32,000 bases of DNA, taken from Nostoc punctiforme PCC 73102 (GTDB taxonomy: Bacteria > Cyanobacteriota > Cyanobacteriia > Cyanobacteriales > Nostocaceae). This document shows, piece after piece, positions 1-7,397 of this stretch (position 1 is its first letter; each line of letters begins with the position of its first letter). The stretch spans positions 30,001 to 62,000 of the forward strand of contig NC_010631.1 in NCBI RefSeq assembly GCF_000020025.1, written 5' to 3'. The translations under genes were made by a program, and so were the position numbers. The notes beneath the pieces are model-generated. The model was not told the DNA's origin, ran no database searches, and saw nothing but the letters and a program-made list of their open reading frames with translations.

Positions 1-2191
1 TCAATAATTCTACTGGTGAGTAGCCCTTTGGTGTTATACCTGTGCTTAAATAAACTGAACGCGACTTTTTATCTTTAATATAGTTAACATCACGATACAA
101 GTAGCGGTTGTTTTCCCTGATTTTATCCATCTCAGGTTTTTTAGCACTTTTGAATAAATCAACCGCTATTTGGTTTTGATAACACCCCTCACCAATCATT
201 TCTCGGTACATCAGGCGGTTAACATCCATCGCCTGTTGAATATTTTCTGGGGTTCTTTCATCCAAAGCAAGTTCAACAAACCCTTGTATATAAGGCTTGT
301 ATTCTTCTCGAATTAACTTTGGCTCTTTCTGGCGTTCTTGCTCAAACAGGGTTTCGTAATGGTTAGAAACTTGGTCTAAATAACTTGATTTCTGCTCAAA
401 AGTACCGTAAGTCTTTAGGATTTCTATTTCTGATTCTAGAGCTTCCAATGCAGTAACTTGATTATTAATCACTCCCACGCTGATGCTATCGCTCATGTGG
501 ATGGCGATTTTTTCAAAAGGCGGCTGGATTCCAGTTTCAGGATCGTAGAATGATTGTTTTGTGAGCTTAACTGTAGGGGAATAGGCGTTTTGGGGAAGAT
601 TTCTTCGCTCTGCCTCTGCTGTTAAATTAGGATATAAGCTAGCTCTTGCCACACCAATGCAGTCACCATCGTAGTCTCGTGCTTGGCGTTCTGATTCAGT
701 TTCTGCTGGATCTATTTCTTCAACATCAATCCCTTGCGCTTCTAACTCTGTAATTCTGGCTTGTATGCGCTTGTGGTCTTCGTCATTGACTACAATTATG
801 CCTTTGAGGTCTTTACCATCTGGCCCGAGTCGATCTTTAACGTGCTTGTTAGCAGACACACACAATCCGTTAGAATTCAGAAAAGGAGAACGGAAGTTAA
901 GAATTTTCTCTTCATTCTTTTCCCATGAAACACAGATTTCACCATTTTTTAAATCTTTGGATGGAATAATCATCCCTCGGTCAAAAGTAAGCGTTTTCCC
1001 TAAAGCGATATCTCGCCATTGGCTCTGTACAAACCGACTTAATTCCTGTTTAACTTTTTCCGTTTCTAATAACTGCTGATGACCCAACAAGTCAGCTTTG
1101 ATGAGCTTGTACATGAACAAGTCATCTTTAGTACCCTCGTCATCTAATTCTTCATCTGCATCTAAGTCATCATTTGTCCCTAAGTTTTTAACATCTGCTT
1201 CAAGGCTAGTAAGTTCTCCTATTTTTAATTTACTTTGGTTCAATGATTCTTTGCGTTTTTCATATTTTTCACAATAGTCAGCAGCAACTATTCTTGGGTC
1301 ATCTTGAATAGAGGCTAGTTTTTCAGCTTGTAGCTCTAATTCTTCGGCAAAATCTTTAATTCCTTGGGGGAAAGATGCTAAGAGTTGAGAGATAGACATT
1401 TGACCTTGCTGTGATTGTCCTTTTTCAGCCAACCAAATATTTTGCTGATATAATCCTGGCTTAATCTGTGGTTTAGTCGCCCTTGTTGGTCTGTCCTTAT
1501 CTGTTCCCTTAAAACTACTTATGGGGAGAATTATATCTATTTTTGGTTTATTTTTAGGATCTGCATATTTGATTTTATCAAGCTTGTATGGTCGCAGTGT
1601 CCCTTTTCCAAAACGATATTTAGTAGTATCTTCTCCGTCTCCTTCTACCCAACCAAATCGATGCTGAATAACACGGTAGCTTTTATCTTGCTGTGATTGT
1701 CTTAAAGTTAGCTTGTCATAAAGTTGGGTTGAAATTTGTCCATAACAGTCACCAACTAGTTTATATGCTAAATCATTTGATAATATTCCTCCGTTTTCAC
1801 CCCTGTTTTCAGTAGAATCATCTACTACCAAAATGTTTAGCTTTTCGTGAATCGCATTTTTACAATTCCCCAGGAAGATGGAACCATAAGCACCCCTGTC
1901 TTTACTGTCTGGACAAATTTTTTGAATCGTTTCTAAACATTCTTTTTCTCCATAAAGTAAGCGGGTCTTAGAAGATAATAATAAAATGTATCCATCTGGA
2001 TGATTCCTTAAATTCTCGTCTGTACTGTATTCATCTGAGTGCCCAAAGGAAAACTCTTTGTTAGGGAAATATGATTCTAGTAAAGTATTACTGAGCTTTT
2101 CAGTTAAAATTGATTGAGGACTAGTCTGATTATCATCTACATAAATCCATTGATTTAGCCTGGGGTCGAAATGCTTGAATTCTAGAGTCAT
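1..2191 (-). CDS. RdRP-like (QDE-1/RDR-type, two-barrel) polymerase homolog; C-terminus cut by window edge
   Basis: Not in the supplied ORF track because it runs off the left edge. The minus-strand frame is open from ATG 2191-2189 down to position 2 (730 codons); I hand-translated several stretches and saw no in-frame stops. The N-terminus reads MTLEFKHFDPRLNQW. Collinear motifs: ENGGILSNDLAYKL (1757-1798), VIQHRFGW..RFGKGTL (1595-1672), ILNFRSPFLNSNG (866-904), ARDYDGDCIGV (650-682), ISVGVINNQ (458-484). ORF existence is high confidence; the family call is motif-based only. Confidence 0.6.
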   Translation of the reverse strand, partial: MTLEFKHFDPRLNQWIYVDDNQTSPQSILTEKLSNTLLESYFPNKEFSFGHSDEYSTDENLRNHPDGYILLLSSKTRLLYGEKECLETIQKICPDSKDRGAYGSIFLGNCKNAIHEKLNILVVDDSTENRGENGGILSNDLAYKLVGDCYGQISTQLYDKLTLRQSQQDKSYRVIQHRFGWVEGDGEDTTKYRFGKGTLRPYKLDKIKYADPKNKPKIDIILPISSFKGTDKDRPTRATKPQIKPGLYQQNIWLAEKGQSQQGQMSISQLLASFPQGIKDFAEELELQAEKLASIQDDPRIVAADYCEKYEKRKESLNQSKLKIGELTSLEADVKNLGTNDDLDADEELDDEGTKDDLFMYKLIKADLLGHQQLLETEKVKQELSRFVQSQWRDIALGKTLTFDRGMIIPSKDLKNGEICVSWEKNEEKILNFRSPFLNSNGLCVSANKHVKDRLGPDGKDLKGIIVVNDEDHKRIQARITELEAQGIDVEEIDPAETESERQARDYDGDCIGVARASLYPNLTAEAERRNLPQNAYSPTVKLTKQSFYDPETGIQPPFEKIAIHMSDSISVGVINNQVTALEALESEIEILKTYGTFEQKSSYLDQVSNHYETLFEQERQKEPKLIREEYKPYIQGFVELALDERTPENIQQAMDVNRLMYREMIGEGCYQNQIAVDLFKSAKKPEMDKIRENNRYLYRDVNYIKDKKSRSVYLSTGITPKGYSPVELL

Positions 2192-2238
2192 AAAATTGGC
2201 ATTTTGATGAACATTAATTAAATTTTTGAGAGGTTGTT

Positions 2239-2769
2239 ATGTCGAGAATAAAGCGTTGGGTAAATATGAATAAAAGAGAATTCAACTCAGATGGAAGTTT
2301 GAAGGATGAAGCCCGACAACAAATGTTGGCTACAGGAATGAGTAACGAAGCAATTAATGACTATGCTCTCTCGTTGAAAGAAGAATACGACGAATGGAAG
2401 CACCTGGATCAGACTGACCCAGAGCCGTGGCCAATCTACACAGCCTACGATTTCTTCACTGAACAAGAGAAAAAGGAATTTAACCGTGATGGTTCTCTCA
2501 GACCTGAATATGTAGAATACGCTCGTAAAATTGGCATCAGTGAAAGTGCTTTGGAACACCAAGAGTGGCGTAAGAGAAACGAAGTCGAGAATTATGATGC
2601 TGTATCTGCCGAACATGCAGAACAAGGCATTAACTTTGGTGAAGAACGGATGAAAGAAAGGATTGAAGACAGCAGAACATACGCTCAACGCCGCCGCCAA
2701 ATGGAACAGGACTTGCGGAACTTTGAGCCGGAAGATAGCTTGCCTTTTGATAAAAACACTTCCTATTAA
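2239..2769 (+). CDS. hypothetical acidic protein with internal EFNxDGSL repeat
   Basis: 176-aa ORF with a GAGAGG Shine-Dalgarno-like element 5 nt upstream of the ATG. The protein is highly charged and acidic. It has an internal duplication, EFNSDGSLKDE / EFNRDGSLRPE. It is the only plus-strand gene in the left block. Confidence 0.6.
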   Translation: MSRIKRWVNMNKREFNSDGSLKDEARQQMLATGMSNEAINDYALSLKEEYDEWKHLDQTDPEPWPIYTAYDFFTEQEKKEFNRDGSLRPEYVEYARKIGISESALEHQEWRKRNEVENYDAVSAEHAEQGINFGEERMKERIEDSRTYAQRRRQMEQDLRNFEPEDSLPFDKNTSY

Positions 2770-2989
2770 AGTAGGTGAGTTACGCTGTCAAGAAAGTTTT
2801 TATCCATCAAATGCAGTGATTTTACCTGAATATGTGAAAGAAAGCGCTCGCCTCACCTTGGGCATGAAAGTAAATATTTATAAACTGCCTTTTTACTTCG
2901 TTGACTTGAAAGATTTTAGAGATTGTTGATGGAGTACCATAGTCAGTAATCGCAGTGCAGTAAATAAATATACCGCCCTGTCATTGAGT

Positions 2990-3391
2990 TTATCTATGAT
3001 GTTTTTTACTGTGTGGTGGGGTGTTTTTTGATAATTCTTTGCCAAGAGATAATTCCGACGAAGAATTATTAGATATTGGTGAAGTAGCTATTTTATATAT
3101 GGCAAAACAGCAAGAAATAGCGACTATTGAGATTAAAGTAGCCTGACCAATTATTTGCCAGCAGTTGAAAGTCAGTTGAGGCTGAACTCGCTTAAAGAAA
3201 ACAGACTCCAACTTCTGGTGAGTCGTACAATTTTTCAAGTACTCCAAAACTTGCAGACATTGAGAGATATCTTCGCCTTTATGTACTTTTTGGCACAGCA
3301 GAATTTCTAAGCGTTCAATGCGACGTTCGGGAGTAGATAAATTAATATCGTCCCAATCATCCCAAAGTTTAATTTCTTTTAGTTCGTTCAT
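2990..3391 (-). CDS. hypothetical protein with one C-terminal transmembrane segment
   Basis: 133-aa ORF with AGAGGGA about 8 nt upstream of the ATG. Hydrophobic stretch ATLISIVAISCCFAIYKIA. No recognisable family. Confidence 0.55.
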   Translation of the reverse strand: MNELKEIKLWDDWDDINLSTPERRIERLEILLCQKVHKGEDISQCLQVLEYLKNCTTHQKLESVFFKRVQPQLTFNCWQIIGQATLISIVAISCCFAIYKIATSPISNNSSSELSLGKELSKNTPPHSKKHHR

Positions 3392-3413
3392 AACTTCATC
3401 CCTCTATCAAACT

Positions 3414-3609
3414 ATTGATGCTGTTCCGAATGGCACGCTTGTTAAGCGTTCGTTAACCCTTGGTATTACTGGTTTTGGGGTGTAGGGAATTAGGAACAAC
3501 TTGGTTTTGTCTAGCGGACTAAAATTCAATTTTTATTAACACTACACCCAACACCCTGCCCTGACGATATTTCACATGAGTCTTCATGCCATTCGATGCT
3601 GTTCCAAAG
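3414..3609. other. structured intergenic region (nested inverted repeats plus flanking direct repeat)
   Basis: CGAATGGCA (3427-3435) pairs with TGCCATTCG (3587-3595). GGGTGTAG (3478-3485) pairs with CTACACCC (3542-3549). A small hairpin ACGCTT-gtt-AAGCGT lies at about 3436-3450. GATGCTGTTCC occurs as a direct repeat at 3417-3427 and 3595-3605. Confidence 0.35.
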
Positions 3610-3654
3610 ATAGGGAAAACTAAAACAGACAGTTTCTCTTTCCCCAAAACTTAA

Positions 3655-4173
3655 TTATCTGCGCCGTTTAGGTTTACTCTTATTGCGCTCATACTCAGCA
3701 ATAATATCCTTGGTCTGTTGTGGAAGAATCACACTTTTATTGTTAAATCGCATTTGATATACCAGATAACAGGGACTTTTGGGATCAGGACAGGAAAGAT
3801 TTGTTGGCAGATTAATGATTGTTACTCCTGCAAAAGTCGCAGAAGCTAACATGGCAGAGCCAAAAAAGAAAATACCAGAGCGGCCAGAACCGACCCAACC
3901 ACCGAGCCAAAAAACAAGTCCTTTGAACTGTTCAAAGCGTTTTTGACGAAGTTTTTGACGTTCTAGTTGTGCTTCGTTCCATGCCTGTATTTTTTCCAGC
4001 TTGTAGGCAGCTAATTTATTGGCTTTAGCATCGGAGGCTTTTTCAACTTGAATATCAATAGTGCGTTCTTTGGCTGCAATTTCTTGTTTTAATCGGTATT
4101 CGTTCCATTCTCTAATGCGTTGGGCGACAGCATCGGCGTGGGCGAAGAAGATGGTAAGGGTGTCGTCTCCCAA
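3655..4173 (-). CDS. hypothetical membrane protein; probably the -1-frame C-terminal part of the upstream ORF
   Basis: 172-aa ORF with only a TTG start at 4173. Its frame stays open upstream to about 4252 and overlaps the 3' end of ORF 4089..4946. Features: coiled-coil-like N-part, hydrophobic GLVFWLGGWVGSG..FFFGSAMLASATFAGVTIINL, basic tail KPKRRR. Confidence 0.5.
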   Translation of the reverse strand: MGDDTLTIFFAHADAVAQRIREWNEYRLKQEIAAKERTIDIQVEKASDAKANKLAAYKLEKIQAWNEAQLERQKLRQKRFEQFKGLVFWLGGWVGSGRSGIFFFGSAMLASATFAGVTIINLPTNLSCPDPKSPCYLVYQMRFNNKSVILPQQTKDIIAEYERNKSKPKRRR

Positions 4174-4946
4174 GTCACTCCAGATAACTGTAGCCTCTGC
4201 TGCTTTTTTTCGGCGATTCTCGCCATGATTCTTTCTTCTAATTGAGCGAAGAGGTTATTTTCAGAATCGCTCTGTTGTAATTTCAGTGCAACATTTTTCA
4301 GGTAAAGTGATTGAACTAACTCTGGGGCTTCTTCAGCCTGAGCAGCAGTAATTTTATCAATCAAGCTAGATAAATCTTCTCTTGCCGCTACAGCTTTTTC
4401 ACTAACATTCTCAATCACTGCATCTAATTTTAATTGTTGAGAATTTTCGCTTTTACCTAGAGTTGTTAAGCTGGCTGCAACTTCTTCAAAGGATTTGTTT
4501 TGCTCTTTTATTGATTTGTAGGTTTCAAGAAAGCGTTCGCACTCATCTGGGCTATACTCATCTTGCTCAGATAGTCCGCAGACTTGGAGAATTATTAAAG
4601 CCTGAGAAAGTGCGATTTTATAGCCTCTTTCACGAGCAATAACTAGTAATTCAGTGATATCTAATGGTAATTGGCCTTTCTTCCCTTGTTTTTTCCCCCC
4701 ATTCTTCGTTGATGATGAGGAATTGCCCTGAGTTTCTGACAGTGCATTGTCAACAACTGGAGATAATAGAGCCATTACTTCTTCATCATTTCCACCCTGC
4801 TCAATTAAGGTGCGACATTCACGAAACCTGTCTGCATCATTCTCGGTATATAACTCTTTTTCAGGTATCCCACTCAAGCGTAAAGTCCGGCTAATTTCGG
4901 ATGGTGAGAGGTTGTTAAAAAGTTCTTGTGGTTGATACATAATCAT
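4089..4946 (-). CDS. hypothetical protein (zero-frame product); start may be the second ATG at 4940
   Basis: 285-aa ORF. An AGGAG element lies 3 nt before ATG 4946 and 9 nt before ATG 4940. There are two related helical segments (..DADRFRECRTLIEQG.. and ..PDECERFLETYKSIKEQ..). The last ~37 aa after the A7 tract are P/S/T-rich and look out of frame. Confidence 0.65.
   Translation of the reverse strand: MIMYQPQELFNNLSPSEISRTLRLSGIPEKELYTENDADRFRECRTLIEQGGNDEEVMALLSPVVDNALSETQGNSSSSTKNGGKKQGKKGQLPLDITELLVIARERGYKIALSQALIILQVCGLSEQDEYSPDECERFLETYKSIKEQNKSFEEVAASLTTLGKSENSQQLKLDAVIENVSEKAVAAREDLSSLIDKITAAQAEEAPELVQSLYLKNVALKLQQSDSENNLFAQLEERIMARIAEKKQQRLQLSGVTWETTPLPSSSPTPMLSPNALENGTNTD
4203..4209 (-). 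other. candidate -1 ribosomal frameshift (or indel) site A_AAA_AAG
   Basis: The minus strand reads gcc gaA AAA AAG cag in the frame of ORF 4089..4946. A shift of -1 gives aaa aaa gca gca gag..., which is exactly the frame of ORF 3655..4173. Confidence 0.4.
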
Positions 4947-5045
4947 GCACTCCTAGTTAAAAAGCCTGAAACGAGATATTTGCGTTAATGAAAAAGATGC
5001 TAAGAAAGGAGCAATGCGTCAAATCAATTCAAAAAATAGTCAGTC

Positions 5046-5480
5046 CTAAAAAGGATTTAACCAGTCAGTTTCCGACTCCAATTCTTCTGGTACGGGAGTT
5101 CTGGCTATTTGTAATGGTTCTTTGACTGAAGTTCTGGATATTGGTAATGGTGATGATTGTATTAGTTGTAATGGTTGTGATTGATTAGAGGCTACTGCAA
5201 TCATTGGCATTCCTTGAGAGGGGATTTCTCCCAGCAGTCCCATCAGATATGAAGAGTGGAGTTGAAGGCGGTAAAGACAAGCACGAATGTGTGGCTCTAA
5301 ATTCACGGATTGATCCGCAGCTTGATAAGCTAAAGGAAGCCAATAGCTGCTGATAGCAATCATCGCCATATCTTTAGCAGGATAAAGAGTATTTCTGGAG
5401 TTTAGATACTTAATTACCACGGCTTCGGAACTATCAGCCTTAACTCTACTTCGTAAGCGAAACTCAACATCTGAAAACAT
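5046..5480 (-). CDS. hypothetical protein; positional candidate for a ParR-like centromere-binding adaptor
   Basis: 144-aa ORF directly downstream of the ParM-like gene, with an AGAGGAA RBS. The N-terminus (VEFRLRSRVKADSSEAVVIKYL) fits a strand-helix start of a ribbon-helix-helix fold. The function call is positional only. Confidence 0.45.
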   Translation of the reverse strand: MFSDVEFRLRSRVKADSSEAVVIKYLNSRNTLYPAKDMAMIAISSYWLPLAYQAADQSVNLEPHIRACLYRLQLHSSYLMGLLGEIPSQGMPMIAVASNQSQPLQLIQSSPLPISRTSVKEPLQIARTPVPEELESETDWLNPF

Positions 5481-5556
5481 TCTAATATTCCTCTCTTCAC
5501 AAGCAAATTACTATTACGAATTACGTTAGCGTAGCGGTAGCGACGCAGGAGCGTCA

Positions 5557-6657
5557 TTACGAATTATGAAATATAGCGTGTTGGTAACGAAACAATCCAT
5601 ATACATCAGTGAAACGCAAGCACAAGGCATCTTTTTTAATCGGCAGGTTAAAAGCTAAACGCACATCCTCTGATAATTCTGCTGCCCATGAAATGTCGGT
5701 ATGAGTAAACAAATTTTTCAACTCCGAACCTAAATATTCCGACGTTCCACCACCAATAATGACTTGCTCAATATGGGCAGGAATATTAATTTTGAGCCAA
5801 GTGGATACCTTTTCCCAGTATTCTTTACGAGATAAGTCAGCCACTTCAATAATTTGTGCTATTTCCTCAACCTGAAAATCAGACTTTTTGCTCCGAGCCA
5901 AAGGTTTGCAGTATCTCGGTTTCAATGTCGGGCCTGATAGATGAACAGCCTTTAACAGTTCGTGTAAGTTTTGCCCTGATGTTCGGCTTTTGATTCTCTC
6001 CAGCATCCACGCCAAGCCCAATCCTTCCGTCTTTCCAGTTGAGATACCACGCTCAAAGATTACGGCTGATATATCCCGAAAACCCAGCATCACCACAGCA
6101 ATGTTCATTTTATTGAAATCTGTGCCAAGTTTTTTACTTCGCGTCAATATCAGTCCCCCACCTTCGGGCAAGCACTGAAAGTTAATCAGATTTATACAAA
6201 ATTGTTTCCCTCGAAAGCTAAAGCTAGACAGTGCCTTAGTTAAACCCCTCTCCAATCTCTCTCTATCTTCCCACTCCCCATAAGGCAATAGCAGTCCCAA
6301 GGATAAATCAAAGTTTGCCTTCAAAGAATCTCTAATCGCTATTGCCCCCACTGCTGCCAAAGTTTTTGGAATCGCGTTCTCATACTTGAGTTCTAAAAAA
6401 TTGATTCGCGCTTCAAAATACTTTTGTGCCAAAAACCCAACCGCATAATATTCTTCGTTGTACTCTATCCACGCTTCATTCTCTGGATTGGGCCGATTCA
6501 TTTGCCCAGACTCATATAAATCCAACGAATCTTTGGAAATCTTAATTAACTCTGGTTCCATACACAGCAATTCTGACTTGTACGAAATCTCCGAGAGAAC
6601 ACGATAAACCATCTTCGTCATTGAAGTTCCCGGATCAAGACTCAACATTAAATCCAC
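5557..6657 (-). CDS. actin-like (ParM/Alp-type) plasmid segregation ATPase candidate
   Basis: 366-aa ORF with a GTG start and GGGAGA upstream. Actin-fold signatures read by eye: phosphate-1 LDPGTSMTK near the N-terminus, a degenerate phosphate-2 VVMLGFRDISAVIF, and an adenosine motif VIIGGGTSEYLG. It lies downstream of an iteron block. Confidence 0.55.
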   Translation of the reverse strand: MDLMLSLDPGTSMTKMVYRVLSEISYKSELLCMEPELIKISKDSLDLYESGQMNRPNPENEAWIEYNEEYYAVGFLAQKYFEARINFLELKYENAIPKTLAAVGAIAIRDSLKANFDLSLGLLLPYGEWEDRERLERGLTKALSSFSFRGKQFCINLINFQCLPEGGGLILTRSKKLGTDFNKMNIAVVMLGFRDISAVIFERGISTGKTEGLGLAWMLERIKSRTSGQNLHELLKAVHLSGPTLKPRYCKPLARSKKSDFQVEEIAQIIEVADLSRKEYWEKVSTWLKINIPAHIEQVIIGGGTSEYLGSELKNLFTHTDISWAAELSEDVRLAFNLPIKKDALCLRFTDVYGLFRYQHAIFHNS

Positions 6658-6840
6658 AAGAAAATTTCTCCCTGTTTTTGACCCTTTTTTTGTCTATCTA
6701 ATTGATAATTACTCTCAACTTGAACCGCCCAAACCGTGATTTTTTCCACATTTACGAAGAAATATTACAGTTTTCGCAATACTCTTTGGCTTTTCATAAA
6801 TTCGTGCATCTGATAGAAAATCTCCACAAAATCTCTCAAT

Positions 6841-7060
6841 TCCCAATTTTCACCAATTACATTCAACATCTCCCAATATCTAAACAATATCTCCCAAATC
6901 TCTAATTCATTTCTTACCTTTTCAACTATTCAACATCATTTAGTCACAAAATTCTCATTAGCTTAATATTTTCCAACAATTCCTAAGACTTCCCAAGACT
7001 TCCTAGCACTTCCTGATACTTCCCAATTTCCTCAAGGATTCTCCCAATTATCTAGTAATT
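6841..7060. repeat. iteron block: TCCCAA/ACTTCC motifs, five of them in strict 10-bp tandem phase (parC-like centromere or other protein-binding array)
   Basis: TCCCAA occurs at 6841, 6871, 6892, 6991, 7021 and 7052. Tandem decamers at 6981-7030: tcctaagact tcccaagact tcctagcact tcctgatact tcccaatttc. The array lies in the divergent intergenic region between the ParM-like gene and the relaxase. Confidence 0.55.
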
Positions 7061-7270
7061 AGCTTCAAGAACCACAACCCCTGTAATCCATCTTTTTCTG
7101 ACGCACAGTACGCCATATTTGGCGGAAAGAATGCTCGACTTTTTGCTATATTAAATGACAGGAGAGTTGGGGAAATAAAATTTTGTTTTGGTCAAAGTCT
7201 CACGAAAAAAAAATCATTCGTCATCAAGCACCACGAAGTTTGATAACGGGGATTGATTTTGACCTCAATA

Positions 7271-7301
7271 CTTATTGCAAAGGTGATTATCTTGCAATAA
7301 G
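7271..7301 (+). promoter_or_regulatory. perfect 10-bp inverted repeat, candidate oriT hairpin
   Basis: CTTATTGCAA (7271-7280), an 11-nt loop, then TTGCAATAAG (7292-7301), about 100 bp upstream of the relaxase start codon. The nic site is not identified. Confidence 0.3.
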
Positions 7302-7397
7302 AACAAATAATCAGAATTTTTTGAAAAGAGTTTGTTGCACCAACAGATGGAATAGAACAAGGATTAACTTTTGTAAACCCCATCCCAGAGGTGAGCC

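Noticed and set aside
765-2700. Plus-strand ORF 765..1079 and minus-strand ORF 2287..2700
   Set aside because: ORF 765..1079 is antisense to the long RdRP-like ORF. ORF 2287..2700 is antisense to the better-supported 176-aa gene, which has an RBS. Both look like shadow ORFs.
2663-2929. 88-aa plus-strand ORF overlapping the end of the 176-aa gene
   Set aside because: It overlaps the better-supported gene in another frame, has no RBS and extends into an intergenic tail.
5481-5556. Short repeats between the ParM-like and ParR-like genes (ATTACGAATTA twice, TAGCG x3, GACGC/GCGTC hairpin)
   Set aside because: The repeats are real but very short and look like the generic STRR-type filler common in these genomes. 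There is not enough evidence for a specific regulatory role.
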